From the NCBI GenBank assembly GCA_965263055.1, contig OZ253581.1, forward strand, positions 553,650 to 617,649: 64,000 nt of DNA. Reading direction: 5' to 3'. Below are positions 43,510-54,400 of this stretch, piece by piece. Position 1 is the first letter of the stretch; each line of letters starts with the position of its first letter. The notes beneath the pieces were generated by a model. That model was not told the DNA's origin and made no database searches. It saw only the letters and a list, made by a program, of their open reading frames with translations. A program made the position numbers and the translations under genes. The stretch comes from Vicinamibacterales bacterium. Its GTDB lineage: Bacteria; Acidobacteriota; Vicinamibacteria; Vicinamibacterales; UBA8438.

Positions 43510-45320
43510 TACGACTCCGCGAGGGCCGCTTCCAGCAACTGCCTCTGGTGCAGGCCGGCGTATAGGCCGCCCGCCGCCACCAGTTCGGCGTGGGTCCCCC
43601 GCTCGACGACGCGGCCGTCGTCAAGCACCAGGATCAGGTCGGCGTCGCGCACGGTCGAGATGCGGTGTGACACGAGGATGGTCGTCCGCTCGCGCATCAC
43701 CCCCCGCAAGCGCGACAGGATCGCCTCCTCCGTGTGCGTGTCGACGGCGGAGAGGGCGTCGTCCAGGATCAGGATCCGCGGGTCGGTCAGCAAAGCGCGC
43801 GCCAGCGCCGCCCGCTGCTTCTGCCCGCCGGACAGCGTGATCCCCCGCTCCCCCACCTCGGTCGCAAGTTCCTTCGGAAAATCGGCAACGTCGGTGTCGA
43901 GTTGCGCCAGGGCCACCACCTCGGTCACGCGGCGGGTGATCGGGCCGGCCAGCGCCTCCGTCCCGCCGTCCGCCAGCGCGCCGAAGGCGACGTTCCCCCC
44001 CACCGTCTCGGAGAAGAGCAGCGGCTCCTGCGGCACGTAGCCGATCGCACCGCGCAACTGATCGAGCGGCAGGTCGCGGACATCGACGCCATCGACGAAA
44101 ACCGCGCCCGGCGGCGGGTCGAACAGCCGCGGCAGCAGCTCGACCAGGGTCGACTTGCCCGATCCGGTAGGGCCGATCAGAGCGAGCACGTGTCCCGGTT
44201 CGACCCGCGCGGAGACGTTCGAGAGGACCGGCCGCCCGTTATAGGCGAACGTCACGTCCCGGAACTCCACGGCGCCGCGGATTGCGTCGACCGGCACCGG
44301 TCGCTCCGGATCGCGGATGGCAGGTTCCACCTCCAGAATGTCGAGCATCCGGCGCCAGGCCGCCATGCCCCGCTGGAGCATGTTGGTCACCCAGCCGAAC
44401 GCGATCATCGGCCAGGCGAGCATCATCACGTAGGCGTTGAACGCGACGAACTCGCCCATCGTCATCCGTCCCTCGATCACGTAGCGGCTGCCGACCCAGA
44501 GGACCAGCAGACCGGAGATCCCGAGGAACAGCCCGAGCGAAGGATGAAACGCTCCCTGCAGCTCCACCAGCCGGCGGCTCCGCTCCAGGTACTCGTGGTT
44601 CACGCCGCGAAAGCGTTCCACCTCCACGCCCTCCCGCCGGTAGGCGCGCACCACCCGGACGCCGGCCAGCGCCTCCTGAACCACCGCGCTCATCCGGGCC
44701 AGTTGCTCCTGCACCGCCTCCGAACGCCGGTAGATCGCACTGCCGAACCACTTCACTACGACCGATACGAACGGCAGGGGCAGGAGCACCACGAGCGTCA
44801 GGACGGGAGAGATGGAGAGCATCAGCGCCACCGCGACGACGAACGTGATGGACGTCGTGGCCGAGTACATGATGGCCGGCCCCGCCATCATCCGGACCGC
44901 CGACAGATCGTTCGTCGCGCGTGACATCAGGTCGCCGGTCCGGTTGGCGTGGAACCAGGCGGGGGGCAGCCTTTGCAAGTGACTGAAGAAATCGTTCCGC
45001 AGGTCGAATTCCACCTCGCGCGACGCGCCGATGATGATCCGCCGCATCAGGAAGCGGCAGACGCCGGCGGCCGCTGCGAGGCCGACCAGCATCGCCGCAT
45101 AGGCAACGAGCCCCGGACCGGCGTCCAGCGCCGCGGCGGCTCCCTGCTCCGCCGTGGCCCCCTGCGCAAGACGCCCATTCAGATGGTCTATCGCGAGTTT
45201 CAGCACCCACGGCGTCAGCAGTTGCAGGCCGGTGGCGCCGAGCAGAAAAATCGCCCCCACGGCGAACCGGCGCCGATACCTGAGCAGGTACGGAAGGAAG
45301 GCGGACGCGGCTGACGGCAT
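43509..45320 (-). CDS. ABC exporter, fused permease/ATPase (partner half-transporter)
   Basis: Walker A GPTGSGKST, signature LSGGQKQR, Walker B LILDDALS. Start at MPSAASAF (Met-150 of the track ORF). Confidence 0.85.
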   Translation of the reverse strand: MPSAASAFLPYLLRYRRRFAVGAIFLLGATGLQLLTPWVLKLAIDHLNGRLAQGATAEQGAAAALDAGPGLVAYAAMLVGLAAAAGVCRFLMRRIIIGASREVEFDLRNDFFSHLQRLPPAWFHANRTGDLMSRATNDLSAVRMMAGPAIMYSATTSITFVVAVALMLSISPVLTLVVLLPLPFVSVVVKWFGSAIYRRSEAVQEQLARMSAVVQEALAGVRVVRAYRREGVEVERFRGVNHEYLERSRRLVELQGAFHPSLGLFLGISGLLVLWVGSRYVIEGRMTMGEFVAFNAYVMMLAWPMIAFGWVTNMLQRGMAAWRRMLDILEVEPAIRDPERPVPVDAIRGAVEFRDVTFAYNGRPVLSNVSARVEPGHVLALIGPTGSGKSTLVELLPRLFDPPPGAVFVDGVDVRDLPLDQLRGAIGYVPQEPLLFSETVGGNVAFGALADGGTEALAGPITRRVTEVVALAQLDTDVADFPKELATEVGERGITLSGGQKQRAALARALLTDPRILILDDALSAVDTHTEEAILSRLRGVMRERTTILVSHRISTVRDADLILVLDDGRVVERGTHAELVAAGGLYAGLHQRQLLEAALAES

Positions 45321-45371
45321 CGATCTGATGAGGATAGCAGGCGCGGCCGGCGCGGCGCCGAGGAGCAGCAA

Positions 45372-46232
45372 GTGACGACGAAGAAACGGATGATAGCCGC
45401 CCTGACCTGGGCCCTGATGGCCATCGGCGCCGTCATGCCCGCGGCGGCCCAGCAACCGGATGAAGAGCTCCCCGAGTACGTCTGGGCGATCAACGAGTCG
45501 CTCTGGGTCGGCCCCCCGGTCGGTGAGGACTACACCATCGAGCTGTCGGGCGGCATCTGGCGGCCGACGCCGTCCCTGGTCGCCTCGAGCGAGCAGTTCG
45601 GCATCATCGGCACGAAGATCAACTTCGGATCGGACCTCGGCCTCACCCGAACGGACCACCCCGAGGCGCGGCTGACCATCAAGCGGGGCCGGCAGAAGCT
45701 GCGAGTTTCGTTGGTGCCGATGCAGTATCGGCAGATGCGGACGCTGGAGCGACCGCTCATCTTCCACGGCATCCGGTTCGACGCCGGTCTGCCCGTCGAA
45801 TCGACGCTCGAATGGAACGCCTGGCGGATCGGCTACGAGTTCGACGTCCTCTCGTTCCCCCGTGCCTACCTCGGCGTAATCGCCGAGGCGAAGTACAACC
45901 AGATCGACGTGACGCTCGCCACGCCCTCCCTCGACCCTGAGTGGCTGAAGGTGAAGGCGCCGATCCCGGCGGCGGGACTCGTGTTGCGGATCTACCCGAC
46001 GCGTTTTTCGCCGATCACCGCCGAAGTGTCCGGTATTCGCCTCCCGGAAGGCACGGTCGACGAGGGAAGCGGCCTCTACTTCGATCTCGACGTCTACGCC
46101 ACGCTCAACCTGGCGCGGACCGTCGGCATCAGTCTCGGTTACCGCTCGATCGACTTCAACTATCTGTTCGAGCGCGATAGCGGCGACCTGAGGCTGGAGG
46201 GGCTCTACCTGCAGGCTGTCGTCCGCTACTGA
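45372..46232 (+). CDS. Outer-membrane beta-barrel protein, hypothetical
   Basis: Signal peptide MTTKKRMIAALTWALMAIGAVMPAAAQ. Alternating hydrophobic strands. C-terminal ...LYLQAVVRY (terminal aromatic residue). Confidence 0.55.
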   Translation: MTTKKRMIAALTWALMAIGAVMPAAAQQPDEELPEYVWAINESLWVGPPVGEDYTIELSGGIWRPTPSLVASSEQFGIIGTKINFGSDLGLTRTDHPEARLTIKRGRQKLRVSLVPMQYRQMRTLERPLIFHGIRFDAGLPVESTLEWNAWRIGYEFDVLSFPRAYLGVIAEAKYNQIDVTLATPSLDPEWLKVKAPIPAAGLVLRIYPTRFSPITAEVSGIRLPEGTVDEGSGLYFDLDVYATLNLARTVGISLGYRSIDFNYLFERDSGDLRLEGLYLQAVVRY

Positions 46233-46274
46233 CGCCAGCGCCCGTCGTGCAACCGCACTACATCCGAGCTGAGG

Positions 46275-47081
46275 TCAGTCGTCCCGGGCGTTGCCGGCAG
46301 CCAGCGCCGCCACCCGATTGGCCGTAATCGACTCCAGGCGGCAGCCGGCGTAGCGCGCCAGCACCTCCACGCCGGCAATCCAGTGCGGAGCCCTCTGCGC
46401 GGCCTCGGCATCGCCAGCTTTCCCGGACTCGGCGCCGTCATCCCGCGCCGCGCGCGCATCGTCGGCGTAGAGCAGCGCCATCAGCTCGCCGCCCACGACG
46501 ACGGGCACCGCCATGGCGCCTCGACCCGCATCCACGGCGGCACTTCCTTCACTGACCGCTCGGTCCATCAGGGCCGGATCGATGCCGCCCGCCGCGTAGT
46601 CCATCGGATCGCCCATAGCCTCGTCGAACCCCGCGAACCGCCAGCCCCTTATCGCGTCACCCGTGGCGACGAACAGTGCGGCTCGCCCCGCCTCGCCGGC
46701 GACCACGTCCACCAGCACGTCGAGGACGCCGCTCAGCGTCGTTGCTGCGTCGATGCGACGCACGCCGGCCAGCAGCGCGCGGGGCCCGCTCTCCGCCACG
46801 TCGGCCAACGCGCGAGCGATCGACGCATCGGTCTCTGCGGCCGATTCCGCCGCCGCCCCGTCGAGCGCCTGCGCGATTGCCGCGTCGCGCTCCGCGACCG
46901 CGGCGTCGAGCGATTCCTGCCGCTCCAAGTCCGTCCGCGCGAGCAGCTCTTCGATCAGGCCGTGGATCTCGACCGACGCGATGTCGCGCAGTCGCGCCAC
47001 CCGCTCGGCGATCTCCTGCTCGTAGTCGCGGGCGTCGGCCATCGGATGGTGGGGGTCTGCCCGTCTCCGCCGGGCGCTCAT
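46275..47081 (-). CDS. Hypothetical protein with an N-terminal coiled coil and a GAF-like C-terminal half
   Basis: 268-aa ORF (alternative start MADARDY at 47042). LSGVLDVLVDVVAGEAGRAALFV...MAVPVVVGGELMALLYAD resembles a GAF fold. Confidence 0.4.
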   Translation of the reverse strand: MSARRRRADPHHPMADARDYEQEIAERVARLRDIASVEIHGLIEELLARTDLERQESLDAAVAERDAAIAQALDGAAAESAAETDASIARALADVAESGPRALLAGVRRIDAATTLSGVLDVLVDVVAGEAGRAALFVATGDAIRGWRFAGFDEAMGDPMDYAAGGIDPALMDRAVSEGSAAVDAGRGAMAVPVVVGGELMALLYADDARAARDDGAESGKAGDAEAAQRAPHWIAGVEVLARYAGCRLESITANRVAALAAGNARDD

Positions 47082-47086
47082 TGGAT

Positions 47087-47092
47087 TATAAT
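47087..47092 (+). promoter_or_regulatory. Possible -10 box (TATAAT) for ssrA
   Basis: A perfect TATAAT lies 19 nt upstream of the mature tmRNA 5' end in GC-rich surroundings. No convincing -35 element. Confidence 0.3.
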
Positions 47093-47110
47093 GACTGTGT
47101 GCTCGTCAAT

Positions 47111-47468
47111 GGGGGCGACACGGCTTCGACGGGGGTCATGGAATCGTCGGATGCATGCCGAGCACCATCGACTCGTAAATCCGATGGAAAACCAAGTAAC
47201 TGCGGACACGCAGCTGCCTCTCGCTGCCTAGACGGTAGCGACGCCTCTTCCGATCCCGCCCGCGGGCCGGAAGCCAGGTGTCATATTAGCGGGCTGGCCA
47301 CCACGCGCGGCACCGACACGTGGCGGCGAGACGTCATCGGGGCTGGTTCCTCCGGCGGTTTCCGCCGCCCTTAGACGCCGGGGACGAGACAAACAAGGGC
47401 GGACACGCATGTAGAGTCCGACGGGTCTGGGTTCTCGGACGCGGGTTCGACTCCCGCCGCCTCCACCA
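47111..47468 (+). ncRNA. ssrA: tmRNA (SsrA)
   Basis: 5' GGGGGCGACACGGCUUCGACGGGG and 3' ...GGACGCGGGUUCGACUCCCGCCGCCUCCACCA. Acceptor stem with a G3:U70 pair. Internal tag ORF ...GAA AAC CAA GUA ACU GCG GAC ACG CAG CUG CCU CUC GCU GCC UAG gives (A)ENQVTADTQLPLAA*. Confidence 0.9.
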
Positions 47469-47538
47469 CTTAATACCTGTAAGTGACTGTAAATACATAC
47501 CTTATATATTCACACGGTCTCTGGGTATACAAATTGCT

Positions 47539-48066
47539 CTACAGTTGAGGTGATGCGGGATCCCCGCTGGGGAAGCCTGCCCGACCCGACCGACGGCGCC
47601 TCGACACCGGTCGTCCCGTCATGTGTTTGCGGATGGTGCTCGCGTGGCAGCCGGCCGCCACCGCCTGCTTGGCAATCTGGCCGGCGTACCACAGGTCGGA
47701 CATCTGCGGGCGCCGCTGCTTCAGCGCGCGGTAGGCCTGTTGCCAGCGCGCGTACCGCGCCTGCGAATAGAGCGTGCGAGCCTCGCGCCGCGTCGTGCTC
47801 GGTGTGTAGCGCGGGTCGGCGGCCGTCGCCGCATCGACGAGGTGGCGAATGGCGGCGGTGTCCAGGACGTAGGCGCCGCGATCGAAGTCAATCAGGTCCG
47901 CCAGCGCCACGGCCGTGTCCGCGACGACCAGCGCCACGTCCCCGTGCGTGCGCAGGCCCTGGTCCACGTGTGCCGAGGTCAGCGCGACCCGGTTGATGTC
48001 GCTGCGTTTGTCACAGACGATGAAGCGTGCCGCCTCGCGCGGCCCCGCGGGGATCGTCTGCAAGCG
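47539..48066 (-). pseudogene. Gene remnant / hypothetical protein with a C-terminal HTH-like tail
   Basis: Only the distal ~175 codons of the 237-aa track ORF look protein-like (...FIVCDKRSDINRVALTSAH...MSDLWYAGQIAKQAVAAGCHASTIRKHM). No clear start, and the upstream part is Arg/Cys-rich noise. Confidence 0.35.
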
Positions 48067-48208
48067 CGGTAATGTCGAGATCGGCCAGGACGCCGCGGGC
48101 ATGGAAATAGCGGGCCAGCAGCCGGTTCGGCATCTGCCGGAAGAAGTCGCGGGTGGCATAGTGGCGCGCCATCGACCCTCTGCGCGCCCGACCCGGGCCT
48201 CCCGGCAC
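48011..48208 (-). pseudogene. N-terminal fragment of an unrelated protein (about 38 credible codons), out of frame with the downstream remnant
   Basis: MARHYATRDFFRQMPNRLLARYFHARGVLADLDITAL reads like a genuine N-terminus. It then degenerates and stops. The neighbouring remnant is in a different frame. Confidence 0.3.
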
Positions 48209-48415
48209 ACCGCCGTGCGCCGCAGACGGCCGTGATCGGGCGCGGTCTGCATGGCGGGCGCACGTCGGGTGCCCTCGCGGTCGACGGTGCCTGCGCGTGC
48301 GGTCGACCGGCGCGAGCCCCCTACGGTCCTGAAGCCTCCGGCGAGTCCGCCCTCCTGCCGCGCGGTGGGCCGGCTCGCGTTCGGCCCGCCCCGTGCGGTC
48401 CCGAAGCCGCCCCGT

Positions 48416-51400
48416 CTACCAGCCCACCGTGCCCCGGCCGACGGCTCCGTTGCTTGCGCCGTCGACCAGCGGACTCTCGCGGCGCTGCGCGTCGATGCCC
48501 AGCTCGAAGGTCAGGCTCTCCCGGTTCAGCACCCCGAGACCGTAGCCGAGCCGGTAGTCCCGCCCGTGCTCGGACGTGCTGAAGCCGACCCGCGGCGTGC
48601 CGACGAAACGCCTGCCCATCGGCAGGCCGTAGCCGACCTCGCCATCGAGGCGGTTGCCCGACGCGACGCCGCCGGACGCCAGCCCCGCCATCGTCTGCCG
48701 GCCCCACAGCGCCTCGGCGCCGCTCGTCGCCTGCCCGCCCCACGACGGCGCCACCCGCGCCACAAAGCCCAGCGGCGTCGACGGCGTCGGGTTGTAGCTC
48801 AGCGACAGCGCCACGCCCCGCTCGGAGAACCCCTCGGCCTGGTGCAGCAGCAGCGTCCGCACGCGCACGTCCACCGCCAGCCCCGACGATGCATCCGACA
48901 CAATCAAGCCGGCGCCGACGTCCATGCCGGCGCCGGTCTCGGCGTCCCCGCCGTCGTGCCGCAGCCCCACCTCGACGCTCGGCGTAAGCGACAGCCGGCC
49001 GGCGAGCGTGAAGGCGCGCGAGCCTTCAAGCCCCGTCCGGAAGCGGGTCACCGCCGTGTCGGTCGCCTGCAGGCGCCCCGCCGGGCCGTCCACGCCGTCG
49101 ATCGACGTCCCGACCCACAGCGCATCGGCCTTGAACGCCAGCGCGAAGCCGCCCGCACCGCCAGCGACCAGCTCGCCCCGCGTCCCCGCCGCCGCCATCG
49201 CCATCGACAGGCCCGCCTCCAGGGCCGGACCGCCCTGCGGCGTCAGCAGCAGCCCGCCCGACCCGTAGCCGGCCACGCCCCACACCGTGACGCGGTCGGT
49301 CGCCTTGTAGCCGAGCCACGGGTACAGGCCCGTCACCGACGAGGCCACCTGGCCGCCGGCGACCCCGGTGTACTCGCCCAGGCCCCGGCTGTGCGACAGC
49401 GACAGGCCCGTCACCAGCGGCCCCGTCGCGTAGTCGGCCCCGACCATCGTCGTGCGCACGTCGCCGCCCAGCGACAGCGCGCCCTCGCGCCCGGAGAAGC
49501 GCGACCGCGCCCCGCGGCTCCAGAACGAGAGGATGCCGCCGTGGCCCGTCTCGCGACCCAGCTCGAAGGCCGAGCCGGTCAGCACGTCGCCGCCGCCGAG
49601 GCCCATCCGCACGAGTCCGCCGCCATTGAACTGGCTGTCCGGGCGGGACCCGCCGCCCAGCGGGCCGGCGACCATGCCCATCGGACCCGACGCCGCGGCC
49701 AGGCGCCCGTCGCCGGCCAGCCCCGACATCCCGAGCGGCGCCGTCCCGGTCGCCGACGCGCCGGACAAAGAACCGCCGGCGCCCGCGCCCATCGGCCCCG
49801 CGCCGGCCGCCCCGCCGAGCTGGCGCAGGAAGCTGAGCGCGATGTCGCGCTCCATGCCGCGCCGCAGCTCCCGGCCCGCGAACCGGCCCCGGAAGCCCGG
49901 CGCGCGCGGCGCCGCCAGCCGCTCCTCCACGTGCTCCACCACATGCACCGCCGCCGTCCGCCCGAACCGCGCCAGCAGCGCCCGCGGCATCGAATCGTGG
50001 TTCGCAATCGTCCCGGTCGCCTCGCCGTCGGCCAGCCGTCCCCCCGAGGGGTTGGACAGCCGCAGCGTCAGCGTCTCCTCGCCCTCGTCGTGGGCGTCGT
50101 CGAGCACCGCCACCTCGATCGTCTTCGACGACTCGCCCGCCCGGAACTTCAGCGTCCCGCTCGTGGCCGTATAGTCGTCGCCCGCGTGCGCGCTGCCGTC
50201 CGCCGTCGCGTAGTCCACCGTCAACGCGGCGCTCGCCGCGCGGCTGAGCGTGACGGCGAAGGCCAGCAGGGCGCCTGAGTTCTCGTCCACCCGCGCATCG
50301 GCCACCGCGATGCCCACCGGGCCGGCCACCGTCGCCGACAGCGCATGCGACAGCGGCCGGCCGTCGTCGGTGCAGATCGCCCCGCTCGCGTCGCAGTCCG
50401 TCGTCTCCGGCAGCCGGACCGTCACCGCCTCGTGCGAGTCCGGCTCGATGGTGATCTTCCACCGGTCGCGGCGGCCGTCGACCCGGCGCGCCTGTGTGAC
50501 CTCACCGCCCGTCACCGTGAACGACGCGTCGCGGACCGTCGTGTAGCTGATATTGATCCCCTCGCTGAACGCCACCCGGAAGCTGAACGACCCCGGGCCG
50601 CGGTGCTCTGCCGGCATGCCCTCGAAGCTCGCCGTCAGCGGCTCCGGTGCCGCGGCGACGGCATCGGTCGCCGCGCTGGTGAGGCGCTCCTCGTGGCCGG
50701 CGTCGTCGGTGAAGCTGACCCGGACCTGTAGCCGCGTGCCCTCGTCGGCCGCCACCGGCGTGTAGGTCGAGCGAGTCGCCCCGCCAATGTCGGCGCTCGT
50801 GCGGATCCACTGGTAGGCAAAACGCGCGGTGTCCAGCCCGTCGGCGTCGGCGATGCCCGACGTCGAGGCGGTCAGCGCCTCCCCGACCTGCGGCGTCCCG
50901 CCGATGGTCGGCGCACCCACGGCCGCCGTGTTGCTCTCCGGCTCGTCCGCCGGGCCGGCCACCGTCGCCGAGGGGCTGTTGCTCAGCCGCCGGCGGTTCT
51001 CGCCCCGGGTGCAGATCGCCCCGGAGACCTCGCATTCGCGCCCCGCCGGCAGCGTGATCGTCACGTCTCCGTCCGAGTCGGGCGCGACCGCGATCTCCCA
51101 CCGGTCGTGGCGCCCGTCCACTCCGCGCACCCCGGTCACGGCGCCCCCGCTCACCGTGAACGCATCGTCGCGCAGCGCCTGGTAGTCGATGCCGATGTCC
51201 TCGCTGAAGGCGACATGGAAGCGGAACGCGCGCTCGCCGTCATGCGCCTCCGGCACCCCCTCGAAGCTCGCCGTCAGCGGCTGGTCCTCCTGCGTCTGGC
51301 TCTCGGGACCCGGGCCGTTCACGATGGCCGACGCCCCGGTCGACAGGGCTCGGCCGTCCGAGGTGCAGACCGCGCCGTCCGCCTCGCACTCCGCCGCCGG

Positions 51401-54400
51401 GGCCAGCGTGATCGACAGCGCCTCGCGGCTGTCCGGCGCGACCGTGATCGACCACACGCCGCTCTCCCCGTCGACCCGGGCCGCGCCGGTCACGGCGCCC
51501 CCCGCCACCGTCAGGACGCGCGTCCGCATGGCCTCGGGCGTGACCGCGACCGCCTCGCTGAACGCGATGCGGAAGCTGAACGCGGTCTCCCCGTCGTGCG
51601 CCTCCGGCAGCTCCTCGAACGCCGCCGTCAGCGGATCGGCCGTGCGGCCGGGGGCGTTCTCCAACACCCGCACCGTCACCGTCGGGATCGGCCGGTCATA
51701 CGTCACCGCAACGGACGTGTGGGTCAGCGTCGCCGTCGCGCCGGCCGCCGATGCCGGGGCGTTCACCGTCACCGTCTGGCGCCGGAACCAGTTCTCCTTG
51801 GTGAACTGCAGCGTCGTCGGGGTCGCGACCACCTCGACCGTGTCCGAACTCACCGTCAACGTCGGATGGGGCGGGTTCACGTAGGCCGGCGTGTGCGTCA
51901 GGCGCACCTGATACGTCGTCGTGCCCCCCGCCGCGACCTCCAGGGTCGCGTCGCCCTCGCCGCCCGCCACCTGGTACCCTCTGCGGCCCTCCGGGTCCAC
52001 CCGCAGCTCCGTCAGCTTCGGCAGCGCCTCGAACTCGTCGTAGGGCAGCGAGCTCAGCGACGGGTTCTTCTGTAGTTCCAGTGTCTTCAGAGATTGCAGG
52101 TCGGAGAACACCCCGGCCGGCAGCGAGCTGAGCTGGTTGTTGTCCAGCTCCAGCGTTTCCAGCGCCGCCAGCCCGGAGAACACCCCGGCCGGCAGCTCGC
52201 CAAGCCCGGTCTCCCTCAGGTACAGCCGCTCGAGGTTCACCAGCCCCTCGAAGTCGTCGCTCTGCAGGCTCATCGTGAACGCCGACTCCGTGCTCGGGTT
52301 GCGGCCCAGGTCGAGCGACTGCAGCTTCGCCAGATGCTCCTCGGTCACCCCGGAGCAGTCGCCCTTGTAGCTGTGCCGGTTCTTCAGCAGCACCAGGATG
52401 CGGTCGCGGACGCGCGGCGTGCGGGCGCAGATGCCGCCGCGGTCCAGGTCGTCGTCGAGAATGGTCAGGGTCACGTCGCCGGGGTCCGTCACGCCCTCGA
52501 TGGACGCCGAGCCGGACACCGTCACGACGTCGGTTGGCTCAGGGACATCGTCGTTAACCAGCCTGATCGTCACCGTCCCGGTGCTCGCGGTCGCGTTCGC
52601 GGCAAAGCGCAGCTCCCGGTTCGTACTCAGCTCGAAGTCGTCGTCCGTCGCCGGGGCCACCGGACTCGCCGACACCGTCACCGTGAAGGCGGTCGCCGAG
52701 GCCGGCGACACCGTCGCCGACACCGTCACCGCGCCCGCGTCCGGGTCGCTCAGATGCAGCGTCACCGCCGGCGTCTCCGCGTTGGTGCTGACCGCGTCCG
52801 AGGGGTCCGACCACTCGCTGTCCGTCTCGCCGTTCACCGCCTGCACCCGCGCCTGATGGGGCGTGTCCGCCGTCAGCCCGGTGATCGTCGTCGTGGTCCC
52901 GGTGCCGCTGTGCGTGACGTTCTCCCAGTTGCCGCTCGTGCCCTCGCGGTACTCCACGGTGTAGCCGGTGATGGCCGGGCCGCCGTTGCGCCCCGGCTCG
53001 GTCCAGGTCACGTCCAGGCTGTCGGTCGTGCCCGAGGTCGCCGACACCGTCGGCTTCGCCGGTGTGTCCGGCTGCTCGTTTGCGTCCATCACCGTCACCG
53101 TGATGGTCTGGGTCCCCGTCTGCTCCCGGTCGCCCGTGCCACTGGTCGCCTGCACCACCACCAGATAGGCGTTGTCGGTGTTCGCGTCCTGCGGGTCCTC
53201 GTAGTCCGGCGCCGTCAGGAACGTCAGCACGCCGGAGTTGTTGATGGAGAACAGCGCCTGGTCCGCGCCGCCGCTGAGCGCATAGTCGGTGATGTCGTCA
53301 GTCGTGTCGCTGTCCTCCGCCTCCACCGTGCCCACCGCCGTCTGGTTCTCCGCCGGGTTGAAGGTCGTGCTCGAGGTGAACGCCGGCGCCGCGTTCGCGT
53401 CCGTCGCGCCGCTGCCCGAAGCGGACCAGCCGCCCGTGCCCTCGGCGTTCGTCGCCCGCACCTGCACCTGGTAGCTCGTGTCCTCCAGAAGCCCCGTGAG
53501 GATCGCCGTGAGGGCGGTGCCGATGTGGCTGCCGTCACTCCACGGCGCGCTCGTGCCCGCCCGGTACTGCACGTCGTAGTCCGTGATCTCCGGGCCGTCG
53601 TTGTCCGGCGCCGACCAGTTCACGTTCAGGCTCGTCACCGACGCCGGCGACACCGACGGCGCATCCGGCGCACCCGGCGCCTCGGTGTCGTCGTCCATCA
53701 CCGTCACCGTGATGGTCTGGGTCCCCGTCTGCTCCCGGTCGCCCGTGCCGCTGGTCGCCTGCACCACCACCACATAGGCGTTGTCGGTGTTCGCGTCCTG
53801 CGGGTCCTCGTAGTTGGGCGCCGCCTGGAACGTCAGCACGCCGGAGTTGTTGATGGAGAACAGCGCCTGGTCCGCGCCGCCGCTGAGCGCATAGTCGGTG
53901 ATGTCGTCAGTCGTGTCGCTGTCCTCCGCCTCCACCGTGCCCACCGCCGTCTGGTTCTCCGCCGGGGTGAAGGTCGTTGAAGAGGTGAACGACGGCGCGG
54001 CGTTGGCGTCCGTCGCGCCGCTGCCCGAAGCGGACCAGCCGCCCGTGCCCTCGGCGTTCGTCGCCCGCACCTGCACCTGGTAGCTCGTGTCCTCCTCAAG
54101 CCCCGTGAGGATCGCCGTGAGGGCGGTGCCGATGTGGCTCCCGTCACTCCACGGCGCGCTCGTGCCCGCCCGGTACTGCACGTCGTAGTCCGTGATTTCC
54201 GGGCCGGCGTTGTCCGGCGCCGACCAGTTCACGTTCAGGCTCGTCACCGACGCCGGCGACACCGACGGCGCATCCGGCGCACCCGGCGCCTCGGTGTCGT
54301 CGTCCATCACCGTCACCGTGATGGTCTGGGTCCCCGTCTGCTCCCGGTCGCCCGTGCCGCTGGTCGCCTGCACCACCACCACATAGGCGTTGTCGGTGTT

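Noticed and set aside
45320-46232. The ABC exporter pair plus the divergent outer-membrane barrel could be read as a dedicated secretion system (type I-like) for the nearby giant protein.
   Set aside because: No membrane-fusion protein or TolC-like channel is present. The barrel is small and unrelated to TolC, and the exporters lack C39/CLD N-terminal domains. The giant protein carries its own autotransporter-type barrel and no RTX/C-terminal T1SS signal.
48300-48415. Two 14-bp direct repeats ((A/G)CGGTCC(T/C)GAAGCC) and a GCGGTCGAC duplication lie just downstream of the giant gene's stop codon.
   Set aside because: They are short and GC-rich, with no flanking structure such as a terminator U-tract or att-like context. 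I cannot distinguish them from chance in this composition.
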